A DNA stretch of 64,000 bases from Stegostoma tigrinum (GCF_030684315.1 NC_081369.1:6357763-6421762); one strand, 5' to 3'. Shown: positions 14,035 through 25,990, counted from the first letter of the stretch. Notes: a model not told the origin generated them from the sequence alone. Translations and numbers: made by a program.

Positions 14035-14480
14035 TCTGCCATGGCTCAGTGAGCAGCACACTCATTTCCGAGTCAGAGGGTCCCAAGTTCAAATCCTGTT
14101 TCTGAGACTTACACAATCCAGGATGGCACTCTGGTGTAGCACTGAACCAGTGCGCAACTGCTAATAGTGCCATGTTTCAGGTGACATAGATATTAAACCC
14201 TATTTGCCCTCTAAGATGGACATAAAATAGCTCATGGCATTACTTTACGAAATAGGAAGCTCACCCCACTACTTAGGCCAATCGTGACCCCTGAACTATT
14301 GTCATAAAACACTGCCGTATGTTGCACATTCACTATTCATCCTAATGTGACTGTTTATGGATGCTTCTTGTGTGCAAACTAGTTGCCGTGTTTTTGGCAT
14401 TACAACAGTCAAAGGTACCCTGGTGGCTGTAAAGTGCTTTGAAGCATCCTGATGTTAAGAGTGCTTTACAAATGTAAATT
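14035..14480 (+). mobile_element. DeuSINE-type (SacSINE1-like) ancient SINE
   Basis: tRNA-like head (tggctcagtgagc...gttcaaatcc), Deu-domain-like core (gatggacataaaatagctcatggcattac), tail ggctgtaaagtgctttg...atcctga; related 3' part at ~53380-53570. Confidence 0.65.
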
Positions 14481-15319
14481 TTTCTCTCTTCAACCTATTT
14501 TACTGGGACATTCATCCAAAGAGAACAGAGGTGCTCCTTTACTTAGTACGTGCCCTGTGCAACCAACATTGGTAATCCCATGACAAATCTGTTTGATTCA
14601 CTCCAGACAATCAACTGGGGACTGCTAACTTTACCTAAACCTGTGGACTAACCAGTGGCTGAGAGGGCTGCATGTGGGTCACACTCGTACATTGTAAAAA
14701 GGATCGTGTTATCCAATTAGAGAAAGCAGTCTATGGGGTCTGGAACTGTTCACTAGGATTGAGAAGGGTGAACATGCTGCTGAGTATTTTCAGTTCAGAT
14801 AAATTCAGGCCACACGTTGGCTTAAAACAAAGACTGTTGAGTGGATGATTTATAGAGGTGTACGAGCGATACAAGACAGTTTGGAACTTACAAGTTTAAA
14901 TCTTAGAGCAGAGACTTGAGTGAATTATATTTAAATTGCACTATGTTCCCAGTGCTAGTGGACAGGAACTACAATGAATAAACCTCTGTCGAGAAGGCAG
15001 GTTAGAATTCTCCACCAACATTAAAACAGAGGATATGTGGAACAGATTTCTACTTAAACATAACAAGACATTGTATTAAATTTCTCATGTATTCACGAGA
15101 GAAATACTTGTTGAGTGCAGAATTGAAGATATGCAGAACATAGATGCTGAGGTGGTTGATGCTCTCAAAGACTTGTAGCTCTAGAGGAGACGAGGGGCGA
15201 GGCTGGGGAGTGAAGTGGGCATGGTCAACTACCTAATGGACGCATTCAGTGCTGCAAAAACCACAATACATCTGAACATAACACGCCAATACGAAGGAGT
15301 TACTGAATCACTTGGATAG

Positions 15320-15545
15320 GTAGACATCGACGGAAGCCAACATCGGTTCAGACCAGGCATCACAGCAGAGGTCGGTATCAAGCCAAACTGGGAATCACAA
15401 TGGAGGTTGATATCAATACAAGACGGGGATCACAGTGAAGACCAATAATCAGCCCAGACTGGTATCATAATGGAGATCAATATGAGCCCAAATTGGGGAT
15501 CATCACAGAAGCCAATAATCGGCTCAAACCGAGGATTGAAGTCAA
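15320..15545. repeat. Degenerate 35-bp tandem repeat, ~6 units
   Basis: GGnATCAy unit starts at 15356, 15391, 15426, 15461, 15496 (exact 35-nt period). Confidence 0.85.
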
Positions 15546-15643
15546 CGCTTCATCTTTTTGCACTACTCAATAAAACACCATGCTGCATGATTAGCCACTA
15601 ACAGCAGTTCTATAGAAGGAGTGAGATGATCTCAGGTACTCAC

Positions 15644-15698
15644 GTGACAGACTCGCCAGTGTGGTTGCTGGTGTTCAAGTCCTGGGATGTGTTTGACT
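15644..15698 (-). CDS. VAC14: VAC14 coding exon 10 (low-complexity linker), 55 nt
   Basis: Strong acceptor TTTCTTCCCCTTTCAG and donor AC|GTGAGT; reads (Q)SNTSQDLNTSNHTGESV(T); supplies the phase 1->2 bridge needed between exons 9 and 11. The peptide itself is not recognisable, so the call rests on splice sites and phase. Confidence 0.82.
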
Positions 15699-16055
15699 CT
15701 GAAAGGGGAAGAAACAGACTTTAAATTTCCTTCTCTGCATAAATTGCAGTTAAACATCTGCAGCGCCACCACTCACCTTAGCTGTGTTTTTTTTAAACCA
15801 CCCCTGCTAGCGTCTTTCAGCCACACACAGTGAGGCAATGCCACTTGAATTTAGAGTGTACCATTACAGGTGAGCACAGCCCTACTGATAAAACATACTG
15901 GTTGAAATCAGCATGTCGTTCTAAACGCTGTTAACTGTATTCTTTATAGGGAGTTGGACAGTCTGAGGGGATAGGAGCCATCAAACAAGTGTCAGAAATG
16001 TCTATGCTGCACATTAGAAAAATTGTGAAAGCCTTGGAGCATGTACAGGAGATTT

Positions 16056-16949
16056 TGTTATAAAGCGGTGGTTGACACCCCCTCCCACCTCAAGAACTGA
16101 AACACCCTAAAGCAGAGCATCATGCCTTATAATCTGTAAAGGGATTGTGAAAAAAGTGGTGCAGCCTGCCTTTCAGCAACTTCTAGTGGTTAAATAAAAT
16201 AAATCCATGACACTCACTTTAACGTCAACAAGTAACTATTTATCTAACTAACAATGAACAAAGTAACTAAACTATTAACAAACCAAATAAATCTCTAACT
16301 ACCAACTATTCCTGAATAAGGCAAGATTCTAATGGTATGCTGTTCCAATAAATACAAGTCCCACATATAATGTGAAAACAGTTAGTCTCTCAAAAATAAC
16401 TAGGTTACGTTTCTTCCAGAATGTTCTGTGCCTTCTGTCGATTTTTCTGTCAGGTACATTATCTAGTTGTGCCATTGGTACCAATGTCGTTTAGATGGTG
16501 CTTTCTCTCAGTCACAGAGGAGGCTGAGAGAGAGCCAGCGATTTTGTCGCAAGCTGAGGGCTGTTCACTCTGGCAGATGATAGTTAGCTTTAGGGTCCTT
16601 GTCTAACTGCATCGTTCTTTTATACCTTTGATGACATATCAATATTTCTTACACTAGGATTAGTTCTATGTTGTCAACACCACCATACTTTAAATTTAAT
16701 TGGTTTTTGGTATCTAAGTGTCTGGTTCAAATTGATTAGCTAAATTAAAAAACAACTTGACTTGGCAAAAGCTGCTGCTTGGCCTGCTAACTGTACGGCC
16801 TTCTGACATGAACATTTCAATTCAGGTGCTCTGTGTTCTTGCAAATTTTCAAACTACTGCTCATGGACATCCATTTAAAATCTCTAAGCAGAGGAAAAAG
16901 TGTGTGATCTTTTAAAGGGACCACGCAATGCTTTCCCAAGTATTTTACA
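16056..16949. mobile_element. Possible solo LTR (unclassified) interrupting a CR1 fragment
   Basis: TGT...ACA ends, no ORF, TATA-like GGTATAAAAG on the minus strand near 16620; CR1-like text at ~16020-16055 resumes at ~17015. No clear TSD. Confidence 0.35.
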
Positions 16950-18879
16950 AACACCAAATTCCAACTTCCTCCCTCCCGATCCACATGTACTCTACCCAAC
17001 TTCACAAGTTTCCAAACGGTTCCAGGACTGAGGGAAGCTCTGGACACACTGGAAAACCAGGAGATATTCTTCTTATGGCATGAAGGTTAGAGAAGAAATA
17101 ATTAAGGCTTTCTAGTAGTTAAGTGATCAATATTTATTCTTCTTTATTATTTTGTAGACATCTCTGGCAAGATCAGCATTTGTTCCCTGCCCTTAATTCC
17201 CTTTGAACTAATTGTCTTGCTTGGTCATTTTGGTGGGCAGTTGAGAGTAACCCAAAAATATTGAGGGTTTGAAGTCATATGGATGTCAGTTTGGTTAAGG
17301 GCAGGCCTATCCAAAAGGATATTTGGGTTTTGTTTTACGGCAATTAATAATAGTTTCATGGTAACCCTGAGACTAGCTCGCAATTCTAGAATTATCAATT
17401 GCAGTTAAGTTCCCTTCACAGCCTACACCCAGTAACCAGAATGCACAGATTAAATATATTTGGCAAAAGAATCAGAGGGACAATGATGATCAGGTTTTTG
17501 CTGAAGTAGCATCAACACTGACTTCCCAAAACAAAAAAATTACAGATACTTGACAATAAAAAATTTACACCGTTCTATGGAAAAGGAGAATGGAATGAAT
17601 GAGATCAGAGTTTCATTGGCCCTTTCATTGTTAGATGCTAGGGTGGTATACTGGTAATGTCAGTGCATAGTAACCCAGCAGTCCGGTTTAATGCCTTGGA
17701 GAAAGAGATTCAAATTGCAGTATGGCAGTCAGCAGGATTAAAACCCAATTAGTACACCAATGCTAGCAGCCAACACAGTCATGGTGGGCTAAACAGCCTC
17801 CTTCTATGCACCATGAAACCTTAAACCCCTTTGATCCTACGGCAGCTTAATGAACCTGCATTGGATTTTTCTACCTCCTGTCAGAAATCTATTTATCCCT
17901 TTCTGACTGCAAAATGGTTGCTTTTCTTCACACAGAAGCAAGAGTGGCAAGACTTTGTTCCGTGTCCCACCTCAGTCACCAACTAGATATCACTTTGTGC
18001 TGATGTGGTGATAAATCCCATGAAATGCCCCTAACAATAGGCTGTGACACCAGCGAGGACTGTGAATGACAGACACCTTTAAAAGGGTCAGCTGCATTCA
18101 GCCCAATTTTGAAGTTCAGGCTATCTTCCTTCCTCCCACGTTTCTCACTGTGATCCCAGCCAGGGTCAGCTAACTCAGGCAGGATCTGGAACCTAGTTAA
18201 CTGGAAACCAGGCAAGGTAGTTACCCAACACACCACTGGGCAAGCTGCTTATTAAGCTCAGATGCCAATGAACTGTGCAAAATTAGAAGGGATAATTGTC
18301 AAGGGATATGAGTCATCTATAAGAATCCGAGGCAGCCATTAGCAATTTAATTTCAAAACTGCATTAAGTCATGGAATTACACCAATGTGATTACATGTCA
18401 CAAGATTTCTTAGAATTAGATTATATTTCAACATTTTAAGCAATGCACATTTGGTTAATTCACACAGTCTACATGAGGTGTGATACAATAATAATTCAGT
18501 GGGATTAACCCGCTAAATATCAGTGGTTGATAAAGGACCCTCAGGAATTATGGAGCTAGGTTTACTGTAGACCACGTTCCTTCCCATGGATTGCCACCTT
18601 GCTGTAGAGGACAGGCCCTTGATCCCAAGAACAATGTCATCTAAGGTTTTCAACCTTAGAGCCACCTGTGATCAAAAAGGTTGGAGGGGAGGAATCAGAG
18701 CAAGCAAGTCCTCAGTGGTGATCCAGGCTAGAGGTACTCGTGATATCAATGACTGCGATGCTGGATGAAGACTGTTGCAGTGGGGAGGTCCCCAGTCATC
18801 AAGATTTCCTTGCCCTGGAAACTGGGCTTGCCTACTGTCAAGGACCATGTGTCCGATGTGCTATAATATTCCTGCTTCA

Positions 18880-20010
18880 AAGAGGTCTTGTCCAAGGTGT
18901 CTACCTTCAGAAATCCAAATTGACTCTGCTGGGCAGGCTACATGCTTGGAATCAGCGCTGCAACTGCCAAAGCAAATTTTCTTCGCCCAGCTCAAGGCTT
19001 GGATGAGGGGAGGACAAAGGAAATGTATCAAAGACTCCTTGAAGGATTCTCTCAAGAAACGCAACATAGACGTCAACACGTGGAAGACCATCATTCAGAA
19101 GAAACCTACCTGGAGGAAACTCCAGTATGAAGATAGATTAGATGGGCAAATAGATTTATTGTTGCCACATGTACTGAGATACAGTAAAAATGTATTTTTG
19201 CATGCTGTACAAGAACATCATACGATACAAAGTATGTCAGGGTAGCAGAACAGAATGCAGAATAGTGTTATAGCTGCAGAGAAGGTAAAGAGAGAGAAAT
19301 CAGAATTAATATTCGAGAGGGCCGATCGAAACACTGATGACAGCAGGGGAAAAAGCTGTTCCTGAATCTGTTGGTATGTGTATTCAAACTTTTGTCTTCT
19401 GCTTGACAGAAGAGTGGGGAAGACAGAGTAACTGGGGTTGGAGGGGTCTTTGATTCTGATGGTTGCTTTCCCGAGGCAGTGGGAAGCCTAGATGGAGTCA
19501 GTGGATAGCAGGCTCGTTTGTGTGATGGACTGAGCTGTGTTCACAAATCTCCGTGGTTTTGTGGGGGATCTTGTGAAGAGCAGTTGCCATACCATGCTAT
19601 GATGCATCCGGCCAGGATGCTTTCTGTCATGCATCTATAAAAATTGGTAGTGGTCTTAGTGGACATGCTGAATTTCCTGAGCCTCCTTAGCATTGTTGCG
19701 CTTTCTTGACCATTGCATCAATATGGATGGAGCAGGACAGACTGTTGGCAATCATCACTCCCAGAAACTTGACACACTCGAGCCTATTCTTCGAGAACAC
19801 CCGTTGGCAAGAAGTATGGAGAAAGGAATTTCGATCTCAACACCAAAAACTAATTCCACCCTCTGAAAACTCCTGCCAAATGCATGGTCAGAGACGTAGC
19901 TCTAGGCTCAGATCCACAGAACCCATGACCAGTGACACGAAATTCCTGAGATGGACAGTCATACTGGCCAGCGAGTGGTTGTCATTGATGACAGCGAGCC
20001 CCAATACCCA
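18880..20010 (+). mobile_element. RTE (BovB-like) LINE 3' fragment, interrupted
   Basis: LPKQIFFAQLK..RGGQRKCIKDSLKDSLKKRNIDVNTWK is the typical RTE-clade C-terminus; interrupted at 19131-19780. Confidence 0.7.
19131..19780 (-). mobile_element. Rex1/Babar-clade LINE 3' fragment
   Basis: Reverse strand reads LRRLRKFSMSTKTTTNFYRCMTESILAGCIIAWYGNCS (~19580-19692), characteristic of Rex/Babar; tail ...acatgtggcaacaataaatc. Confidence 0.8.
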
Positions 20011-20429
20011 AACACTCAAGTTCACTGCCCTACACCGGCTCCCAATCTGGTGCCCGATTGATTTTATAACAGTCTTGTTCCAGTTTTAAAATTCTCTCCT
20101 TGACCTTGCCATTCCTATTGTAGTGACCTCCTCCAGCTAAACAATCTCTGGAATATCAAATATCTTGCAATTTTGGACTCAAATTCCTGATGTCCATTGA
20201 TTCAGCAAAAGGTGCCAGACCACAAACTCAAATTCCCATCTCCCTGCCTCCTTTAAGACCTACCCGCAAACCTTTTCACGTGTCCTGGCATCCCTACGTG
20301 TCTTAGGACAGATTTTGTTTGATAATATGCTGACAAAGGACTGCAGAATATTTCACAACTTGAAGGCAGATAAATAAATTCAAATTGGCATTGTAGGGTT
20401 GAGGCAAATCACCAGTGGCAAAGAAAGGA

Positions 20430-20960
20430 AGAAAATTAACTCTGTATCTAACCCTCTCTTGTATCTGTCCTGGGAGAATCTGATGGGGACAGGGTACAGG
20501 GAGTTTTTCTGTGTCTAACCCCATGCTGTCCATGTCCTGACAGTATTTGATTGGCTCAGTGGAAAGATTCACTTTCAGTTTTAACGAGTGGATAGAGCAT
20601 TACTTTATTTGAAGGAATACAGGGAATCTTACTCTATCAAGCCCCTTGCTGTGCCTGTCCTGAGAATATTTAACAGGGACAATGTCAAGAGAGCTTTAAT
20701 TTCAATTTGAAAGAACAGGGCGTGCTTTACTCTATAACTAATCCCATGCTGCAGCTGCCCTAGGAGTGTTTTTTGAGGACAGTGCAAACAGAGCTTTCCC
20801 CTATGTTGTAACTGCCTTGAAAGTGTCTGATAGTACAAAGTGAAGGATGCTTTACTTTATATCTAATCCTGTACTGTACCTGGGTGTGTTTGATGCAAAC
20901 AGTGTAAAGGGAACTTTACCCTGTGCCTGTATCCAGTGTTGTACTGTCTCTAGATTGTTT
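20430..20960. repeat. Degenerate ~65-bp minisatellite, about 7-8 units
   Basis: Recurrent ctttactctgtatctaaccc..tgctgt..ctgtcctgggagtgtttgatggggacagtgtagagggag-like unit. Confidence 0.8.
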
Positions 20961-23729
20961 GAAGTTTGATGGCCTTTGATCCCAAAATAGTAGCAGCAAG
21001 GTAAATGCATGTATTGTTGACACACCCTCCAATAAATGTCAACTAGCCCAAAGCTGCTTCCTGCATCCTATCCGGTATTAAAACCAATTTGCCCATCATC
21101 TCCACTTTTAGTCCAAGCTTACATTTGCATCCTCCATTCCAAACCCCTCAATGCCTCTGCCCTCCTGATCTCTAAGCTCTCCTGAGGCCCTACAACCCTG
21201 AGATACGCTCCAATCTTGTTTTTATCCTTCAGCACCTTCCCCTACTACTATTGGACATACATTCTAGGTCTTGTGCTCTGGAATTCCCTTTCTAAACTTT
21301 CTGCTTTCCCCTCCAGCTTGGAGACCAAACTTCAAACTTCACTCTTTCACTCAGCACTCCTAACAGTGTGGGCCAACACTTACATTTGTTCAAATCAGCT
21401 TCTGCTGCACCATGGAAACGTTTCTCAATCAAGAGACTTTATGAATATAGTGTCATATTACTAATACCAGAGCAGCAAATTAAATAAACAACGATGGCTT
21501 TTAAATGTTAGACAATAGCACAGTCTGAGTGAAGATGATGTATGACACTTCTTTACTGGAGGTGATAAGAATGCTCACAGTTAGAGAGGATGATTGCCCA
21601 CGGGAATGCTAAAGAAAATTCAAACAGACAATTCCCAGCCAAGACGAAAGAGATTGCAAAACTGCCAGCAACAGTCACCAAGTTTCCAAATGGCACCACC
21701 TTTCCTGGTTTGCAGAGTGCATAGTTAAAATTACCACTCGTGCCTCCCTATGATCACAACCTATAGGAAATCATCCTACGGTACAATTATAGACTTAGTC
21801 TTTCAAAGTCAAAGCTATACCTGGAGAGAACACTTGAAATAGTTTCATGCTGCTGGCTACAGATCTGTCAGAGATGGATGCAATCTAACACGATAGGTTA
21901 AGTATCATCTATCACTGAAGTGAATTAATTGGAGTACGGTGCTTTCCAAGATGTATTGGCACCGATAAACCTAGTGACAGCACAATACAGGAACTAGATT
22001 AACTATCATTCTATTAAATTCACAACAGTAATTCCGGGTCACATTTGAAATTTCAAGGATGACAGGCCCGATTGGGCAAAAAGTACAACCTTGTCATTTC
22101 TGTTGGCAGGCAACCCTTTTATCCAAACCTAGCGCAACACCTACCATCACACATTACATAAATCTTGACAACTTCTGTCAACAGCATGTTCACAATCTTC
22201 AAGTAGGAAGAGAGTTTGTTGGCACGACTGCAAAAGATAAAAGCTGCAGGTATTCACGCTTGCATTCTTTTCAAGCTATTTGGAAGCTTTGGGGCATGTA
22301 CTTTAGCAAACAAAATCAAAGATCATGGAGGACAGGAAAAAGATTTCAAAGAACTGCAATACAAAGTACATTTCCTCTGCTGCCCCTCAACCCAGAAAAG
22401 AGGTCCGACTGAGATTAGAACAAGCCCTCCTGAAATTGTTCTAGTGTCACTAGTCAGACCTAGTGTTGACTACAGAATAGTCCTGAGGTTGTTCCACACA
22501 AGAATCTTCCCTCTCGTGATATGGAGAGTAGTATTTTCTACTGATTAGGATCTGGAGCACACTGCTTGAAAATGTGGTGGAAACAGATTCAAGAACGACT
22601 TGCACGTGTGCATGAGACAGTTTTCTGAAGGGAGAAATACAGGGCCGGGGGAAAAGGGCTGGGAAGTAGGACTAACCGATTTGTCCTGTGGACAGACAAC
22701 ATGAACACTGGGTCGAAAGGCCACCTTCCAAACTAGGAGCAGGGTAAACCATTCAGTCCCATGGACCTGCTTTGCCATTCATCAAAATTGTGGTTAATTA
22801 ATAGTAACCTCCACTCTTCATTCCTACAAAACTCCATGGCTAGTTACAAATCTACCTACCTTTGCCTTAAAAATATCCTCAAAAAAAAACACTCATAGGG
22901 CAGCTGCAGCATGGGATTAGTACAAACCATTGCCTAGGACACTTCAGATTAGCCTCTCACCCAGACTGTTGACAGCACCAGCTTCTGACTGTCATGACAG
23001 TCTCGACTGTAACATTACAGTGCAGCTTCAGCATGAAGGCCACATGTGGTGAGGATGGCCTGAAAAGCAAAGATACCACTACCCAAAATCGTGGATCTAT
23101 GTTTTATGAATCTGCAGAGAAACAAAATGGCCTAGAATTCAAAGTATCAGAGATTGAGTCATTTCTTCACACTTCCCCCATTCATAGACAGTCCTCCACA
23201 AGGTCACCTTGAAGGCTTCCCTTTACGATGGAAAGAGCTCATTACTTGCTTTCCTCCAGGTATTATGGATCTGTTTTAATGGTGAGGTTGCCAGCCCTCA
23301 ATGTGGGGACTGGAGTAGCAGGCACTCACCCCGACTCCAATTTCCTTCCAAGCCCGAGCCAGAAGGTCATTGGCAGATGCCCATGAGTGGACTTTGTAGC
23401 ATGGTTCGCTAAGGTGGTGACCCAGGATGGAGAATCCAATTGGCTTTCTCCCCTCTGCACCTTCCCCTATCTGGCTACTACAGAAAGGGAAATTGGAATC
23501 CCAAATGCCCCTCTTGTGAGGCTAGCTAAGTACAGCATGCAAAAACTATTGAAGGCGGCATGCTCTGGTCCACACAGCGTGGTTTAATACACAGCTGTCT
23601 GGCACAGTACCTGCTGACTCCCTGTTCTCTGAATTTGTGCTGAAGACATTTTACACATTTTCTGTGCTTGAAATTCTCCTAAGCTCGAGAACCGAAAAGG
23701 CCAGCCTAAGAAATGGGAAGAGTAAGTAG

Positions 23730-23906
23730 CTTTAATGTATGTGCTGAGATAATAAAATGTGAGGCTGGATGAACACAGCAGGCCAAGCAGCATCTTGTGT
23801 GTGCTCCTGAGATGCTGCTTGGCCTGCTGTGTTCATCCAGCCTCACATTTTATTATCGTGGAATTCTCCAGCATCTGCAGTTCCCATTATCTTTAATGTA
23901 TGTGCT
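23730..23906. mobile_element. Palindromic Penelope-derived mini-element (family A) with 16-bp TSD
   Basis: ctttaatgtatgtgct at 23730-23745 and 23891-23906; perfect ~47-bp inverted arms 23748-23795 / 23810-23856. Confidence 0.9.
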
Positions 23907-24113
23907 ACTCTGTTTAATTTGATGACAGGTTAATAGTTCACTTAGTCATAGTTGGGGAAATCAGTGCTGCAAATGAAATCGTGTCACCCAGCATCAGCGT
24001 CAAGCACAGTAGCTGCTCCTTCACTGATCTAGGAGTCAACCTGCACAGAGGCACCCCCTACTGCACTGATCTGACTGCCATTTCTCACTTGGTTCAATCA
24101 CGTCATATTTATG

Positions 24114-24271
24114 AGATAGTAGGATCTGCAGATGCTTAAGAATCTGAGATAACAAGGTGTAGAGCTGGATGAACACAGCAGGCCAAGAGGCAGAGGAGCA
24201 GGAAGGCAACGTTTCGGTCAGCCTTCCTGCTCAGCCTGCTGTGTTTATCCAGCTCTACACCTTGTTATCTC
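24114..24271. mobile_element. Palindromic Penelope-derived mini-element (family A variant)
   Basis: Arms gagataacaaggtgtagagctggatgaacacagcaggc / gcctgctgtgtttatccagctctacaccttgttatctc; remnant aacgtttcgg hammerhead half. Confidence 0.8.
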
Positions 24272-25561
24272 ATAATATATATGAGAGATACAGGCTGCAC
24301 TTAATCTGTATACCATCGCTAGATGGTGCAAGTGCGATACAAACATGCAGTATCATTGCAGTCAAATTCCCAAGTGTTGACTCACTGGGATCAAATGTTA
24401 CAGAATGGCAGAACTGACTCATCAGTGTGCAGTTTTGTTAAACTTACAGCATTCTACTGCCACAACATCCATACAAGAGATGCCCCTCAAATGAATTTAA
24501 AAATCACTGACCAAGAAGCGCATTCAGAAACATGGAAACTATGAAGGGTAGGCAATTAGGCCATTCAGCCCTTCGAGCCGGCTCAGCCAATGTGATCATG
24601 GCTGATCATCCAACTCAGTCTCCTGTTCTTGCTTTGTCCCCGTATTTTTTTTTATCCCTTTTGCCCGAAGAACTATATCTATATCCATCTGGAAAACATG
24701 CAACTGCTTTCTGTGGCCGAGAATTCCATAGGCTCACCACTTTCCAGTTGAAGAAATTTCTTCTCATCTGTTTTAATGGTAACCCCGTGCCCTAAGACTG
24801 TGACCCCTGGCCCTGCATTCCCAGTTATTGGAAACATCCTTCTTGCATTTACTCTGCCCAGGCCCGTTAGCACTTGAATAGTTTCTATTGCTACCACACA
24901 TTTGTCCACATTATATTTCATCTGCCATACATCTGCCCACTCTCACAACTTGTCCAAATCACATCGAAACTTCTCTGCATCCTCCTCACAGCGCACTCTC
25001 CCACCCAAACATTCTGTTCTTTGCAAACTTGGAAATATGACATTTAATTCCCTTATCTTTCTTACTTATAAGCAATTGAAGTCCAAGTACCGATTCCTGC
25101 TGCACCGTTTGCCACTCAGAAAATGACTTGTTTAATCCTATTTTTTGCTTCCCGTCTGTCAACCATGTCAGTACAGGGGCTTTACGATTTACAGACATGG
25201 TCTGATCATAGGGGTGAAATTCTGAAGACCCTGTATACAGTTACTGTACTTACAAGTGGCTCCTTTGTATTGGACTGCAATGTGTTCCAATGTGCACACA
25301 AATTAACTTGTGAAAGGACTCAAGAACAGAGCCCATTCACAACCAAGGGATTACCTGTACGCTACCGCCAATCCTGTGCACTTTAATCTTACATGCTAAC
25401 CTTATTGAAAGCCTTCGTGAAAATCCAGGTGAACCACATCCAATGGCTCCCCATTGCTCTACTAGCTACAGCTGAAAAGTTCTACTGGATTTGTAAAGCA
25501 TGATTTTCCTTTGTTAAGTCCCTGCTGACTCCGTCCAATCCAGATGTGGAAATGCTATTGA

Positions 25562-25990
25562 TGGACTGGGGTAGATGAAATCGGAAATCACAATACCATG
25601 TTACGGTCCAACAGGAACAAAAACAAAGTTGCTGGAAAAGCTCAGCAGGTCTGGCAGCATTTATGAAGGAGAAAACAGAGTTGACCCAGAAAGGGTCACC
25701 GGAACTGAAACATGAACTGTTTTCTCCTTCACAGATGCTGGAAGACTGGCTGAGCTTCACCGGCAACTTTGTTTTTGTTCCTGATTTGCAGCATCCGCAG
25801 TTCTTTTGGTTTTTATGGTCCAACAGATTTATTTGAAATCACAAGCTTTCTGAGAGCTGCCCCTTTGTCAGGTGAAGTGACATCAGATTTCACCTGGGGA
25901 AGGAGCATCACTCCAAAAGCTCATGATTTTAAATAAACCTGTTGGGATTATAGTCTGGTGTTGTGTGACTTCTGATTCTGTCCAATCTTG
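25562..25990. mobile_element. Penelope-derived palindrome (family C) with a family-B palindrome nested in its left arm
   Basis: Inner element flanked by ttacggtccaacag / ttatggtccaacag; outer arms tccaacagatttatttgaaatcacaagcttt / aaagctcatgattttaaataaacctgttgg with two decayed inverted hammerhead-like cores at 25845-25922. Confidence 0.7.

Noticed and set aside
15320-15545. CRISPR-like periodicity (35 bp)
   Set aside because: Units are tandem degenerate copies with no constant repeat plus unique spacer structure, no cas genes, and the context is a vertebrate intron.
22059-22548. Overlapping 110-117 aa plus-strand ORFs as a nested gene
   Set aside because: No recognisable domain, splice structure or coding-like composition.
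23748-23856. pre-miRNA or DNA-transposon MITE
   Set aside because: The hairpin arms match Penelope terminal repeats, and the 13-16 bp duplications and one-sided tail do not fit the short fixed TSDs of common cut-and-paste transposons; there is no expression evidence for a miRNA.
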